64,000 nucleotides of DNA, from the IMG/VR virus record IMGVR_UViG_3300009163_000019, one strand, 5' to 3'. Both the position numbers and the translations under genes were made by a program. The notes beneath the pieces were generated by a model that did not search any database, was not told the origin of the DNA, and saw only the letters and a program-made list of their open reading frames with translations. The stretch comes from a virus. Below are positions 10,701-20,979 of the stretch, piece after piece. Each line of letters starts with the position of its first letter. Within the stretch, counting starts at the first letter, position 1.

Positions 10701-11987
10701 TAATAAATACTGCGGGATACTATTATGCAGTAAGTCTTTATTTGTGCTATCATAATAAGAAGCCGAGAATAGTAAAGATTGAGTTGTTGCTGTTGGAACA
10801 ATAGACTCACTTCCTAAAAAATTAGCGGCTTCTGATGAAGTTACTGAATATAATTGATATGGCTGAGTTGTTGTTGATTTAGGCCATGTCCAACTAGAAG
10901 AATTAAAATATAAAAAATATTCGTAGGTATCAAATTTTTGTATAATATTATTTATAGAAGACTCTATATATCCTATAGAAGACGATACTATTAGTTGATT
11001 TCCTGACCCACCAGTTATTGATTGTTGTTGTATTATTTGATTATTATAAGATTCTATTAATCCTAATTTATAAACAAAATTATTTACCCTTTCTGTAGCA
11101 CTTGAAAAATGAATAAAATTGCTAAAATTACTATAATCAACATTTATTTCGACAGACTTATCTTGATAATAACTAAGTAGTTTTTGATAAGAAGAACTTA
11201 TATTACTAGATAATAAATTATTATAATTATAATATGGCGTAGTTTGTCCATTTTTATTATTTATAACAACATTAAAATTTGGACCTCTTAAAGAATTTTC
11301 ATTTTGTGTAGATTCTGCTTGAACTTGAATATTTACATCAAAGCTAACAGATTCAGCTACTTTATCTACTATCCATAATTGAGTTTTTAAATCATAATCT
11401 GGAGATAATGGTGCATATAATTTAATTAAAAGATAACCGCCATCTTCGTCTTCTGTGTATGCTACATTGTCTGCAATTATTATTTCATTATTTCCAAAAT
11501 TAAGATAAAATACAGGATAATAATTTTTAGTTCCAATATATGCTTGATACTGATTAAATCCATTTTTAATATCGGAATTACTTAATACTTGAGAAGCTAA
11601 TTTTAATTCTGTTCTTGAAGTTGATATTTCTTTTATCCAAAAGAATCTGCCAAATGCAGAGTTAAATAATCTTTTATGGAAATGATACTGTATATTTAAA
11701 TTTCCTCTATTAAACCCTCTATTTTTTAAATCCGTTTCTGGATCTAATGTAAGACTGGGATAGGTATTATTTTTAGGATTAGCTGTTAAATATGGATAAT
11801 AATCTGAGGCATCATAATCAAAGTCTAATAATTGTTTATTTTCATCATATATATATAACTCTAAATAATCATTTGTTGCTCCAAATTGTGTATTAATATA
11901 ATCTGAAGTAACTAATTGTCTATCTAATGTAGATAAATTCTGTCTCTCTGTTCCTTGCCCTGCATATGTTATATTAACTAATTCCAT
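7782..11987 (-). CDS. Large baseplate wedge protein (T4 gp7 / P2 gpI-like core)
   Basis: Motifs LYHNLPYLLKTKGTQRGIKALISTFG and IKDFVPAR. Lies downstream of the gp25- and gp6-like genes. Confidence 0.65.
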   Translation of the reverse strand: MELVNITYAGQGTERQNLSTLDRQLVTSDYINTQFGATNDYLELYIYDENKQLLDFDYDASDYYPYLTANPKNNTYPSLTLDPETDLKNRGFNRGNLNIQYHFHKRLFNSAFGRFFWIKEISTSRTELKLASQVLSNSDIKNGFNQYQAYIGTKNYYPVFYLNFGNNEIIIADNVAYTEDEDGGYLLIKLYAPLSPDYDLKTQLWIVDKVAESVSFDVNIQVQAESTQNENSLRGPNFNVVINNKNGQTTPYYNYNNLLSSNISSSYQKLLSYYQDKSVEINVDYSNFSNFIHFSSATERVNNFVYKLGLIESYNNQIIQQQSITGGSGNQLIVSSSIGYIESSINNIIQKFDTYEYFLYFNSSSWTWPKSTTTQPYQLYSVTSSEAANFLGSESIVPTATTQSLLFSASYYDSTNKDLLHNSIPQYLLDDSSNTPYITFLDMIGQHFDNIWIYYKDLSNRYNATNNPDTGISLDIVSDALKGFGMQLYTNSNVSDNLYYTLFGINTDGGLLPPTGSELITNYVTSSLTTLPAATIQDELYKRLYHNLPYLLKTKGTQRGIKALISTFGIPEEILTVREFGGNPIDSVDGAFDLDTTDYKINISTGSNGNVSGSLALSSSLLSPYATLQFYDKDHRVNSTNIEVGFSPADTINTNITASQGFFDINQLIGSPGYQQSSSYAPLVSASNAYFANYTQPSSVWEYIRLIKFYNNSLFKMIKDFVPARANLSTGIIVKSHMLERNKYARYEPSMSLNMNYSQSIDMLYVEGSTGGALSGSTYWTGLITTPLGNVAYTSSQNYEQYTGELAGSEIVVTTGDAFDQSENSNLPATSSGVVTVSRGALYQNVTSSVRSLYLLDLDYTADQSKPVNFNIITGSLNNSQINNYADYTNPMSPYAYVQDYNYFLERSILPRYKGSQTVSATYTTYTVGDDSYGKTAAIDKIKYQYAYLVDIYSSSMFLPKRSNAQIKYVIDNNQNVLDLTKANNNIFSVQNIYKSGETSNISLFEYDERNPFSQQLVNNPTTTIYEGGFRYLPILHQVSGSRSTTTQSFSLDTPIPIIIQGSSGGGIDPNSPELKSSNWRVGYYVCEQDNGSESIYFSGVSASYHPNGASTPQAVTFDVYVYIMAAMSSNGTCGTLTERVLSINTGQTSDGTTIASDTSVLTPSGLGSGCSLETDPNARWSNSGFSRTCTKYIDGIEQRGGGGGGTTFTTTILTTNVSASQNCLYYLSQSKQIVFDSAIAYYYDYGLVYNSTSDDYWSTSPLERVITPFTLNVGDRISLYNTSSLGWDERFEYSIKNIIFTGSGVTGSRLIAEVDRSIDGALLSSGSGVPIDAFTGSPFRACRYVVWKHLPDETNVMLRYNPKDSTLVENGLLFPQYIDEVVQANAGNTVKALKQQNLIQ

Positions 11988-12325
11988 TACATTAATTGAT
12001 TAATATTTGTGAATGTCTGATTAAGATCTAATAATTGTTGGCGTAGTGAATTAATTTCTTCTATTAAAGCCTGTTTTTCTGCATCTATTACAGATCCTCC
12101 TATATATTGTTGACTTCTTTCTACTAAATATATATGAGAATTTATGTCTCCTTCAACAGGTATATTAAAAAATAATTCATCATAATATCTAAAAAAATCA
12201 TCTACTGATATAGCTGCTTGAGTGTCTACTACTACAGGAGTTATTAATTCTGTAAAACGAGTATCAATAGCTTTTGAATAAGTATTAAGACCATAAATTT
12301 GTTTTATTAAATCTACATTTGCCAT
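11987..12325 (-). CDS. Hypothetical baseplate-region protein with a C-terminal coiled coil
   Basis: ORF track; TAATG overlaps on both sides. Confidence 0.5.
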   Translation of the reverse strand: MANVDLIKQIYGLNTYSKAIDTRFTELITPVVVDTQAAISVDDFFRYYDELFFNIPVEGDINSHIYLVERSQQYIGGSVIDAEKQALIEEINSLRQQLLDLNQTFTNINQLM

Positions 12326-13446
12326 TATCTAACTACTTTAAAAATTAAATCATTATCTATATCATAAGATTCACCATCAGACATTACTGTTCTTATAAGT
12401 ACTTTATAATATCTTTCTGGTTCAAGGCCTGACATATATAAGTAAAAATAACTATTTGTTCCATCGCAACTTATTTTAGTAAACGATGTATCAAAATCTA
12501 TAACCATATCATTGTTTTTAGCATCTTGAATAGCCCAATAAGAAGTTTCAGGAAGTGCTTTATTTGTTGTATAAAAAGAAGATGTTGTAAATGTTCTAGG
12601 AGGGTATTTATCCCTCGCATTAATTATCATTTTATATTTACCAGTTCCATATTTGTAATTAGATATATTATTACCTAATGTTATTACATTATCAGAATTA
12701 TCAATAACTGATAAAGTACCAGTATTATAAGAACTATCGTCCCACTTCATTTCAATAGTAGGTGGATAAATAGTATGTGTATCTACTGAAAAGAAACTTA
12801 ACGCTATGTAACTATTTGGATTTTGTTCTATTGAATTTGGGTGTTTTATAATAAATCCATAATTAGGAAAATTATTAAACCAAGCATCTACTATAGGTTG
12901 AACATTTACATTTATATCTTTATTATCTTTATAACTAAAAGATTGTGTGTAAACTGTGCCTTCCCAAGAACCTCCACCAGGAGTTAAATAATAAGAACCT
13001 GAAACCCCAAAAGAGTTATATCCCCAGTTATTACTTGCAGATGTAAAAGATCCAGTACTATACCAACAACAACCATTTCTAGTTTCTGGTACATCCGCGG
13101 CTTTTCCCGTTCCCATAGTCCAAGAATCATGAACTTGGGCAATTTGTAAACTATAACTAGTATTTAAGTTTTCAGCATTTGCTAAATATAATCTTAAATT
13201 TGCTTGCCAAGAGCCAGTTCTAAATGATTTAAGTGTTTGTAAATCATTATTATCAAATAATATTAATGATCTTCTTAAGTCATCACTTAATAAAGGTTCT
13301 GTTGGAACAGATTCTACAAAATAATTTAAAGGTGTAGATGAATTTTTTACCGATACCTCAAGTATTTCATCTAATCCAGCGTTTAAAGCAGGATGACTAG
13401 AATATATAGAAGCGTCAGCTGAGGCAAATATTTTATATACGGCCAT
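12325..13446 (-). CDS. Structural protein with a DNRLRE-like beta-sandwich domain
   Basis: Pattern ASADASIYS..P.LNAG...RRSLILFD...ANLRLY...W..G.G...NYGFIIK...FFS...P.IEM.W. Confidence 0.55.
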   Translation of the reverse strand: MAVYKIFASADASIYSSHPALNAGLDEILEVSVKNSSTPLNYFVESVPTEPLLSDDLRRSLILFDNNDLQTLKSFRTGSWQANLRLYLANAENLNTSYSLQIAQVHDSWTMGTGKAADVPETRNGCCWYSTGSFTSASNNWGYNSFGVSGSYYLTPGGGSWEGTVYTQSFSYKDNKDINVNVQPIVDAWFNNFPNYGFIIKHPNSIEQNPNSYIALSFFSVDTHTIYPPTIEMKWDDSSYNTGTLSVIDNSDNVITLGNNISNYKYGTGKYKMIINARDKYPPRTFTTSSFYTTNKALPETSYWAIQDAKNNDMVIDFDTSFTKISCDGTNSYFYLYMSGLEPERYYKVLIRTVMSDGESYDIDNDLIFKVVR

Positions 13447-13456
13447 TTTTTTATTT

Positions 13457-15313
13457 TTATAATGTTACTACTCTACCTTGAATATCAGTATCAGGATATT
13501 TAACCTCAAATATAGAAGGATCTAATGACGGATATATTACGTTATTTAAAGTACCTGCAGAAATATCATAAGCATACTTAGAATATCCGCTAGCTTCTCC
13601 TGTTTTATTTATTATTTTAACATCTTTTACAGTTTGAACACCTTCTACTTGATCTAATGTTGAATATAGATCACCTAATATAATAGGCTGATTTATTTGC
13701 CAATTATCCGTATTAAAGAAGTTTTGCACTTGAATTAAACATCTAGCAATAACATCCTGACTTGTATAGTTGGGTCTTATAATGATATCAAAATTACAAC
13801 CTATGTTTATAATATATCCAGGTTTCATATTGATAGCATCAGTCATCATTCTATAATCAAAAAGATACGTTTGTATATTTTTTAAAAGAGCAGGAGATGG
13901 ATCTGCTAATTGTCCTGCATTGTTTAATCCTAGAACATATAGACTAATTAGCATTTGATCTTTCTGACTAACGTCAGCATCCATGTATTTATTATATGTT
14001 GCGTCATCCTTTGTTACATAAGCCTTAGATACCTTTCCATATTGTCCAGGCATACTAAGAGTCCTAGCCAAATAATCTTGTTGAGTAACAGCTCTTAATT
14101 GAGTAGGAAATTCATTTGCAATATTAAATCTTAATTCTTGAACTGAATCACCATCTCCGCCCCCAACTGCAGGACTTGGATTATTTACTGCTATAGTATT
14201 TTGATACGTAGTATTTCCTGATACTGTATATGATGCTACTTGATTTAATTGATTTGATAAAGCATTTGCACTAGCTCCACCGCCTACTAAATAATTAAAA
14301 GTAATAGTTGTATTTTTAGGAGCTATACCATATGTTTGTGTAGTTACAAAATTTGTTGGATCAAATGAACTGGATAATTGACTAAGACCGCCGGCTGTTA
14401 ATCCTACACTGATGCTACTAGGATTCGGAATTACTGCTGTATCTGCCACTGAATTTATACCAGCACCAAATTCTATTTCTAAAGATCCGTCAGTTCTAAA
14501 TCTTGAAACAAAACGTCTAGGAACCTGTAGTTTTTGAATTATATAAGGTACTTGATTTGAATATTGATATAAACTAGGATAGTTTGTAGCCGTATTTTGA
14601 ACTGGTGTTAATATATAATCTTGTGCTAAATAAGGAACTTCATACCATGTATTACCATCTGAATCTACAGCATTTAATATAGATATTATTGAGCTATCTT
14701 GAATAGTTATTGTAGAAAATCTTTTAGGAGAAGAAAATGTAGCCGGATAAGTTTTTACTTGTCCTGATAATGCTTGTGCTGTTTTCTTTAACAAGTAAGA
14801 TATTGCGTTACCAGTGCCATCTACATTATAAACTTCTATAGTTGTAGGATCATAAGATGATGATGTGCTAAAATCTACTTTTTGTGGAATAAAAAATAAA
14901 ACAGAACTATTAACATTTGATTTTATTTGCATTCCTTGATTTATAGTCATAGCATAAGAAAAATCAGGAACCTCATCTATACCAGAAGTAAGTGACGGTA
15001 CTTGTTGATAAACATCAATATCTACTATAGCAGCAGAAGTTACTTTAGGTCTATATCCCATCATATATGCTAGGGAATATAAATTATTTTTTTGTTTAGC
15101 ATATTGTAAAAAAGTTTCTTGAAGTTGATTATCTAAATAAAAAGACATAACGTCTCCTACATAAGAAGCCATTTCAATAAACATACTACCAGGACTAGCT
15201 TGTGTAAAGTCATTATATACTGTCGGATAGTATGCTTTTGCATATTCTATCAAATCAGATTTGAAAGAACTAAAGTCTTTATTTAAATACTTAATATCTA
15301 TTTCGTTAGCCAT
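13457..15313 (-). CDS. Baseplate wedge subunit (T4 gp6 / baseplate J-like)
   Basis: DFSSFKSDLIEYAK, EMASYVGDVMSFYLD, LAYMMGYRP, GGGDGDS..ELR, QLRAVTQQDY. Confidence 0.9.
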   Translation of the reverse strand: MANEIDIKYLNKDFSSFKSDLIEYAKAYYPTVYNDFTQASPGSMFIEMASYVGDVMSFYLDNQLQETFLQYAKQKNNLYSLAYMMGYRPKVTSAAIVDIDVYQQVPSLTSGIDEVPDFSYAMTINQGMQIKSNVNSSVLFFIPQKVDFSTSSSYDPTTIEVYNVDGTGNAISYLLKKTAQALSGQVKTYPATFSSPKRFSTITIQDSSIISILNAVDSDGNTWYEVPYLAQDYILTPVQNTATNYPSLYQYSNQVPYIIQKLQVPRRFVSRFRTDGSLEIEFGAGINSVADTAVIPNPSSISVGLTAGGLSQLSSSFDPTNFVTTQTYGIAPKNTTITFNYLVGGGASANALSNQLNQVASYTVSGNTTYQNTIAVNNPSPAVGGGDGDSVQELRFNIANEFPTQLRAVTQQDYLARTLSMPGQYGKVSKAYVTKDDATYNKYMDADVSQKDQMLISLYVLGLNNAGQLADPSPALLKNIQTYLFDYRMMTDAINMKPGYIINIGCNFDIIIRPNYTSQDVIARCLIQVQNFFNTDNWQINQPIILGDLYSTLDQVEGVQTVKDVKIINKTGEASGYSKYAYDISAGTLNNVIYPSLDPSIFEVKYPDTDIQGRVVTL

Positions 15314-15316
15314 TTT

Positions 15317-15730
15317 TTACATATTTTGTATAGTCAATACAACTGAATCATTTTCATTTGATCTTAATAATCGATAACTAAATTTTATATTTATTGAATT
15401 ATAATCAGGTTCACCTATGATATCTAATTGAACTACTTTAATTTGTGGAAAGTAATTTTCCATTTGTGTCATTATAGATTGCCTTAAGTCTTCAAATGTA
15501 TACTGATCTATCTGTTCAAACAATCTAGATCTCAATCCGGCACCAAATGTAGGATTAAATGGCCTTTCTCTAGGATCAGTAAGTAAATAATTTATTATAT
15601 TATATTTAGTCTGTTCCTTAGTTGTGTATATAGATTGAAATACAGCATCTGACGAGAATGGTATTTTAACACCTATTCCTGTTGATGGTTTAAGATCTAA
15701 AGGCGATATTTTTTTTAATCCGTATGCCAT
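15317..15730 (-). CDS. Baseplate wedge / sheath initiator (T4 gp25-like)
   Basis: NIINYLLTDPRERPFNPTFGAGLRSRLFE. Confidence 0.9.
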   Translation of the reverse strand: MAYGLKKISPLDLKPSTGIGVKIPFSSDAVFQSIYTTKEQTKYNIINYLLTDPRERPFNPTFGAGLRSRLFEQIDQYTFEDLRQSIMTQMENYFPQIKVVQLDIIGEPDYNSINIKFSYRLLRSNENDSVVLTIQNM

Positions 15731-16182
15731 TAAATTTGTCCTTGTGCTTTAAGTTTTGACATTAATCCACTAAAATCAGGTACTTCATTTATTTGAACTG
15801 CATCTAAATTTGAACTGGCTCTAGCTGTTCCAAGCATACCTTCTACAGATCCTACGCTAACCTCAGCTGGCTGAAATACCATAGTTGGACTAACATGATC
15901 AGTACTAAATGACATCATATTATCTGAAACCATATCCATTGCGGTCTCATTCAATAGGCTTGCCATAGGATTATTTCCTTGGAATTTAACACCCGCAACA
16001 GGATTAGACCTTTGTGTATTAAGTGTACCAGGTATCTTTGTTTTAACCTCTTCTTGTAAAGCTTTTTGCCTATCTATATAAGCAGGTTGTTTTGTCTCCT
16101 TTAATATTTTAGGGAGTTCTTCTTTTAGAACCGCACGGAGTTCTTCTCTGATTAGTTTTCTTAATAATTCTACTTGTGCCAT
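15730..16182 (-). CDS. Hypothetical virion protein
   Basis: ORF track; N-terminus LRKLIREELRAVLKE; ATATTTATA motif just upstream. Confidence 0.5.
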   Translation of the reverse strand: MAQVELLRKLIREELRAVLKEELPKILKETKQPAYIDRQKALQEEVKTKIPGTLNTQRSNPVAGVKFQGNNPMASLLNETAMDMVSDNMMSFSTDHVSPTMVFQPAEVSVGSVEGMLGTARASSNLDAVQINEVPDFSGLMSKLKAQGQI

Positions 16183-16200
16183 ATGTTATAAATATTATTT

Positions 16201-18237
16201 TTAACCGTTTTTAAGTTTCTTTATTTGGTCGTCTATCTCTTTTATTTTTTTTAGTGAGGCGGCAGTAATTATTGGATTTAAACTAACAGCTATTGCTGCT
16301 ATAAGTTTTTTCTTCTCTGTTTCTAGTTCTTCTACTTTTAATTTATTATTTTCAACTTGTTTTTCTTTAATAATACTATTTGAGTATTTACCATTTGGGT
16401 CTGTCTTTTTTAGATCTTTTATAAACTGCTCATTATTTTTAATCATTTGCTTCCTCATTCTTCTTCTAAGAGCCTTTCCTCCTGGAAGATTATTAACAAA
16501 AGCATTTAAACCTAGACCCTGATCAGGATCTTCATTATCAGGATCATCTAATCCTGAATTTAGGCTACTTAGTCCTAAATCATCAATATTAATGTCTATA
16601 TCTCCTACATAATTAAGTGACTCATTCATAGTTTCTATGTCTTCAGCACCAAGAGAGCTGAATTGTGATTTAACAAATCCATTAGATACTAATAAAACTT
16701 TTACTTCATTTATTATTATTTCGTCTAATGATGCAAATGTTGGAGTAGATTGAACTACTAGGACTCCATTTAAATCTAAAGCTATTCCGTATCTTCTTTT
16801 TAAAGGAATACCTTCATCGTTTATTTGCTCGTCTACTATTTTAATTTGATATGTTCCAAAATTTCTGTTAAGCCTTTCTTTATTTGATTCATATTCAGAT
16901 ACAAATTTTTGTAGTGAATTTGCAGTTTCAACTAAATTATTAATAGTATCTTTAATTTCTTCAGCTAAAGCAGGATCTATATTATCACAATTTTCTATAT
17001 TTAATAAAATTAATTCTAGCTTTCCTATTATATTTGCCATTCCAGATATAAGAGTAATAGCAAATAAAGAAATATAACTTAATACAGAATTAATCTGTCC
17101 TAATCTTCTTATAAGTTTTCTATTTCCTAATTCTGTTATTGTATCTTGAAATTTACTTGAAAATCCTGTAGTTACTCCTACAGTTGTTACTATATTACCT
17201 ATTGGAAGTGCTAATAAAAATGCTTTAATAGTATTAAATATTTGTATTAAAAACATTAATAATTTAATAATAAACTGAGCTGAACTTATATATCCTAAAA
17301 TTTTTCTACCTACTGAATTAATATTATTAGCAGTCTTTAATATTGATTTTAGTAACGGTATTAATTTATTTACAGGTATTAATTTACTTAGTTTAGCTAT
17401 CTCATCAGAAACTGCACCTCCTGTAAAAGTATCGGCAAGACTTATAACAGAGGATACATTATTTAAACCTTGTATAGCAATAGCAACCCCTCTAATTTTA
17501 TCTACTGTATTTATAATCTTTTGAAGTTCTGAATTAGGGATTTGTCTAAGATCAGTATACTTATTAAATACTCCTAATGAGTTTTGTAAAAAGTTATTAA
17601 ACGTAGAAATTTGTGGATATGCAGTAGATAGATCTGGATCATTTAGTCCTGTCCCTGGATCTATTAATTCTTTAAATGAATTTGATATCTCTTTTGTTAA
17701 AGCATAAAGACCTAATTTACTATTTGGATTTTTTGCGTCTCCATACTGAGTATAATAATCGTCTATATATGATTGAATTTGAAATGCTTTATTTTGTATA
17801 AACCACTTTTTTTTACCTAAAGAATCAGTAGGTATTTGAGCTTTTGGATCAAATTTAGTACCAGCAGGTATTTCATTTATAGCATAATTTATTAGATTAC
17901 AGAAATCAACACCGGCAACTATTTCAAGAAGTTTAATTATTCCTTTATCTAATGCTTTTTTAATAGGATTAATCTCATTTTCTTTAACAGTATACGATCC
18001 ATATAATATTTGATTTGTTTTTACCTGTGCCTTAATTATAAAATTTCTTGTTACTCCAATTGCTTTTTCTAATCCTTTAGCATAAGTTATGTTTATATCT
18101 TTTGCATCTCTACTTAGTGCTACTACAGGAGTTTTTTTTGCAGTTTCTAAAACCGCAGGATTTAGTTTAGTAGCTACACTAGTAGGAGCACTAACTTTAG
18201 TTTTATTTGTAATTGGTATTGTTACTTTTTCTGCCAT
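16201..18237 (-). CDS. Helical protein with a central hydrophobic hairpin (baseplate/ejection-associated?)
   Basis: Probable start is ATG 18237 (MAEKV), right after the upstream stop. Two hydrophobic stretches. Confidence 0.45.
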   Translation of the reverse strand: MAEKVTIPITNKTKVSAPTSVATKLNPAVLETAKKTPVVALSRDAKDINITYAKGLEKAIGVTRNFIIKAQVKTNQILYGSYTVKENEINPIKKALDKGIIKLLEIVAGVDFCNLINYAINEIPAGTKFDPKAQIPTDSLGKKKWFIQNKAFQIQSYIDDYYTQYGDAKNPNSKLGLYALTKEISNSFKELIDPGTGLNDPDLSTAYPQISTFNNFLQNSLGVFNKYTDLRQIPNSELQKIINTVDKIRGVAIAIQGLNNVSSVISLADTFTGGAVSDEIAKLSKLIPVNKLIPLLKSILKTANNINSVGRKILGYISSAQFIIKLLMFLIQIFNTIKAFLLALPIGNIVTTVGVTTGFSSKFQDTITELGNRKLIRRLGQINSVLSYISLFAITLISGMANIIGKLELILLNIENCDNIDPALAEEIKDTINNLVETANSLQKFVSEYESNKERLNRNFGTYQIKIVDEQINDEGIPLKRRYGIALDLNGVLVVQSTPTFASLDEIIINEVKVLLVSNGFVKSQFSSLGAEDIETMNESLNYVGDIDINIDDLGLSSLNSGLDDPDNEDPDQGLGLNAFVNNLPGGKALRRRMRKQMIKNNEQFIKDLKKTDPNGKYSNSIIKEKQVENNKLKVEELETEKKKLIAAIAVSLNPIITAASLKKIKEIDDQIKKLKNG

Positions 18238-18238
18238 T

Positions 18239-18670
18239 TTATCTTGTAAATGTATTTTTAGATAAAATTGATTCAGCAATTAACGCATTTTGAAAACTTT
18301 GTGCGGTTCCAATTAATAATTTACCAGCTCCTGCTATATCACTCATTGTGGGTCCTAAATTTTCTGAAGATGCCTTACTTAAATTTCCTCCTATTTGTAT
18401 AAGACTGTTTAAAAGAATTTGTAATTGTATAGTTAATGTTCTTCCTAATATAACAGGTTCACCTAATACTTTTGCTTCGTGGCCTAATTCTATATTAGGT
18501 GAATCTACTTTAACTCCATCTATAGCATCAAGATTTATTGTCTTAGTAGATGATAAAGATACAGCTTGTTTTCCAAATAAGAATATCGCATCTGATTTAG
18601 AATGCAATGTTACCCTATCAGAAGATATTATAATTTGATTACCTTTATATGGAAATTCTGGTTTAAACAT
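18239..18670 (-). CDS. Baseplate spike-related protein (gp5/gpV C-terminal-like)
   Basis: Beta-strand repeats followed by IELG....EPVILG. Confidence 0.5.
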   Translation of the reverse strand: MFKPEFPYKGNQIIISSDRVTLHSKSDAIFLFGKQAVSLSSTKTINLDAIDGVKVDSPNIELGHEAKVLGEPVILGRTLTIQLQILLNSLIQIGGNLSKASSENLGPTMSDIAGAGKLLIGTAQSFQNALIAESILSKNTFTR

Positions 18671-19569
18671 TATTTATTACTATTTTCATCTTGAAACTGT
18701 GCTGATATTACTTCATCAGATATAGGAGGTTTTGCTATTTGTAATACTGGTTGTATTATAGGATTTATAATTCCTCTAAATGATCTAAGAGGGAATAAAT
18801 TAATGTCCTCTAAATTTATTTCTTGTCCTGCGGTTAAATATATAGATGATTTATCTTTATTTATATCTTCTACTATAGGATCAAATTTAGTTATTGTTTT
18901 ACGCTCTCCTTGACCATTAACAATAATAGTTATAGGATCTCCATTGTTACCTGAATTAGACCAATTATTACTTTTTTTCATTACTGGAACTGTACTTCCA
19001 AATCTTATAGACTGTCCAAATCTAGCCTGTAAAATAGTATCCCCTTCAAAAGGTTGTAAATTTTTTACTTCTTGATTTTCTTCAAATGTATATCCAAGAG
19101 GTAAACTACGACCTTTAGTTTTTGATCCAGGATATCCGGCCTGATTAGAAAACTGTTTTAAATATTGCGCATATTCAGACATATTAGGGAATGCTGAATG
19201 ATTAGCATGATTCCATAATTGATATGGAGGAAAATAGAAAAATTGTTGATTAGAAGCCTTATCATTTAATTTTTCTGTAGGTCCCAATAATATAAGAACT
19301 ATCTCATTTACTATCGGGTATTGTTTTAAAAAATTAAATATTGGCCATGCTGGTTCAGATACTTCTTCAGATTTTGAGGTTCCTAATGGAGAATATAATA
19401 ATTCATATTTTATTTTCCCTATATCAGCAGGACTACCATAATCAGGATCTTTTTGTTTAGTATCACCTTTATATGGCCCTAAAACAATAGATTTTACTCT
19501 TCCAACTTGTAAAAAGTGGCCCTCGGATTTTCCATTCTCTTGTAATTGTGGTCCAAATATATATCCCAT
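18670..19569 (-). CDS. Baseplate hub/spike protein (gp5 OB-fold-like N-terminus)
   Basis: GRVKSIVL...IGKIKY...YPIVNEIVLI and EGDTILQARFGQSIRFGS. Confidence 0.55.
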   Translation of the reverse strand: MGYIFGPQLQENGKSEGHFLQVGRVKSIVLGPYKGDTKQKDPDYGSPADIGKIKYELLYSPLGTSKSEEVSEPAWPIFNFLKQYPIVNEIVLILLGPTEKLNDKASNQQFFYFPPYQLWNHANHSAFPNMSEYAQYLKQFSNQAGYPGSKTKGRSLPLGYTFEENQEVKNLQPFEGDTILQARFGQSIRFGSTVPVMKKSNNWSNSGNNGDPITIIVNGQGERKTITKFDPIVEDINKDKSSIYLTAGQEINLEDINLFPLRSFRGIINPIIQPVLQIAKPPISDEVISAQFQDENSNK

Positions 19570-19931
19570 TATGCGCTAGGTAGTTGTTTAGGATCTTTAA
19601 CTTTTAATGTTGTAACCTCACTAAAGAGTTGCTCTATGTCCTTTTCAGTAAGTATTCCGCTATCTTCAGCACCATCTTTTTTAGAATCAGCAGAGTCTTT
19701 TTGAAATACGGTAAGTAGCTTCATTAGTACTTCGTCATTCTTTAAGCTAGAATCAAAGAAGCCTTTTAATAGAGGAACAATAACAATAGCGTCTCCGGCT
19801 GTTTCGATCATATCTGTTAGCCTCAAAATCTCGTCTCGTAGTGTTTTATCTTGATTTTTGTGCTTGTTATATACCTCTTCCACGAGGTCTGCGATGGTTT
19901 TATCTTTAAATAGTACTTTATCTAATTCCAT
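19569..19931 (-). CDS. Hypothetical protein
   Basis: ORF track; preceded by ATATTTATT. Confidence 0.5.
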   Translation of the reverse strand: MELDKVLFKDKTIADLVEEVYNKHKNQDKTLRDEILRLTDMIETAGDAIVIVPLLKGFFDSSLKNDEVLMKLLTVFQKDSADSKKDGAEDSGILTEKDIEQLFSEVTTLKVKDPKQLPSA

Positions 19932-19949
19932 GACTTTTAGAATAAATAT

Positions 19950-20705
19950 TTAGTAATCATTATTTTCTAAATAGTTGTCAAGGATTCGTTTATATATAGT
20001 TTTTAGGCGCTTTATTACTTTGGTTATTGTATTAGATTGTGCGTCTGTCATCTCTTTTACATAAATAAAGACCGCTTTTTTATTAAAAATGTCTATATTT
20101 TCTCTTTTTTTAAATATTTCTAGTATTGCATCAGCTATTTTAAGTTCATCATTCTTTTCAAAAAGTTCTAGTAAATTATCGTCTACGTATTTAATAAATA
20201 GCTCGACAATCTCTAATTTATCCAATTCCGGTTCAGGTTCTTTAACAATAATACTATTTACAAGAGCATTATCGTCATTTTGTTCGCCTATTTCTGCCTT
20301 AGATACTAACTTTTTATAGTTTTTTTGATTATAAATGATCAAATATCTCTTAGCAATAGTGCCAAAATAAGAATATGCCTTACCTTTTGATTGATCATAA
20401 AGGTCTAATTTTTGTAAAAGAAAAGAAATAACCTCATATTTTAAATCCTCAATATTATCAACCTCTGTATAATAGAATTTAAATGTATGTATAATATTTT
20501 CTACTAATTTATAAAACCCATAATGGATATCTTGATTATAAATCTTGTTTCTTTCCGCTAAAGAACCACTCTTTCTATATCTAAGAATAGCTTCCTCAGT
20601 TTCAGAAGTAAAATAATTATTTTTTACCTTTGGTTTTCTTTTCCTAGGCTCTCCTTTTTTAGTTAACAGTAAAATCTCTTCCTCATTTCCTAATTTTGCT
20701 TCCAT
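19950..20705 (-). CDS. Phage RNA polymerase sigma factor (T4 gp55-like late sigma)
   Basis: NNYFT...EDLKYEVISFLLQKLDLYDQSKGKAYSYFGTIAKRYLI is a sigma region-2 pattern. Confidence 0.75.
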   Translation of the reverse strand: MEAKLGNEEEILLLTKKGEPRKRKPKVKNNYFTSETEEAILRYRKSGSLAERNKIYNQDIHYGFYKLVENIIHTFKFYYTEVDNIEDLKYEVISFLLQKLDLYDQSKGKAYSYFGTIAKRYLIIYNQKNYKKLVSKAEIGEQNDDNALVNSIIVKEPEPELDKLEIVELFIKYVDDNLLELFEKNDELKIADAILEIFKKRENIDIFNKKAVFIYVKEMTDAQSNTITKVIKRLKTIYKRILDNYLENNDY

Positions 20706-20706
20706 A

Positions 20707-20979
20707 TTAAGAGTCTATAAATTGATTAATTGATGTTTGCATAGTTTTGACATTTTCCATAAGTAGTAAAAACTCAGGATCTGATTGAACCCATAACTTA
20801 GAGTCTATTTGCTCAGCCGCCTTATTAATATCTCTCATGGATTCTTTAATTCCATTAATAAAAGTTTGCTGATTCAAAACTATTGCTTCTAATTTTTTAT
20901 TTTTTTGAAATAAATTCCAAATTATGTATCCTATTACGGATACTATCCATATTGATATTGAAAAGATTAGTGTTGTCAT
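20707..20979 (-). CDS. Small membrane-anchored coiled-coil protein
   Basis: N-terminal TM helix. Confidence 0.55.
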   Translation of the reverse strand: MTTLIFSISIWIVSVIGYIIWNLFQKNKKLEAIVLNQQTFINGIKESMRDINKAAEQIDSKLWVQSDPEFLLLMENVKTMQTSINQFIDS

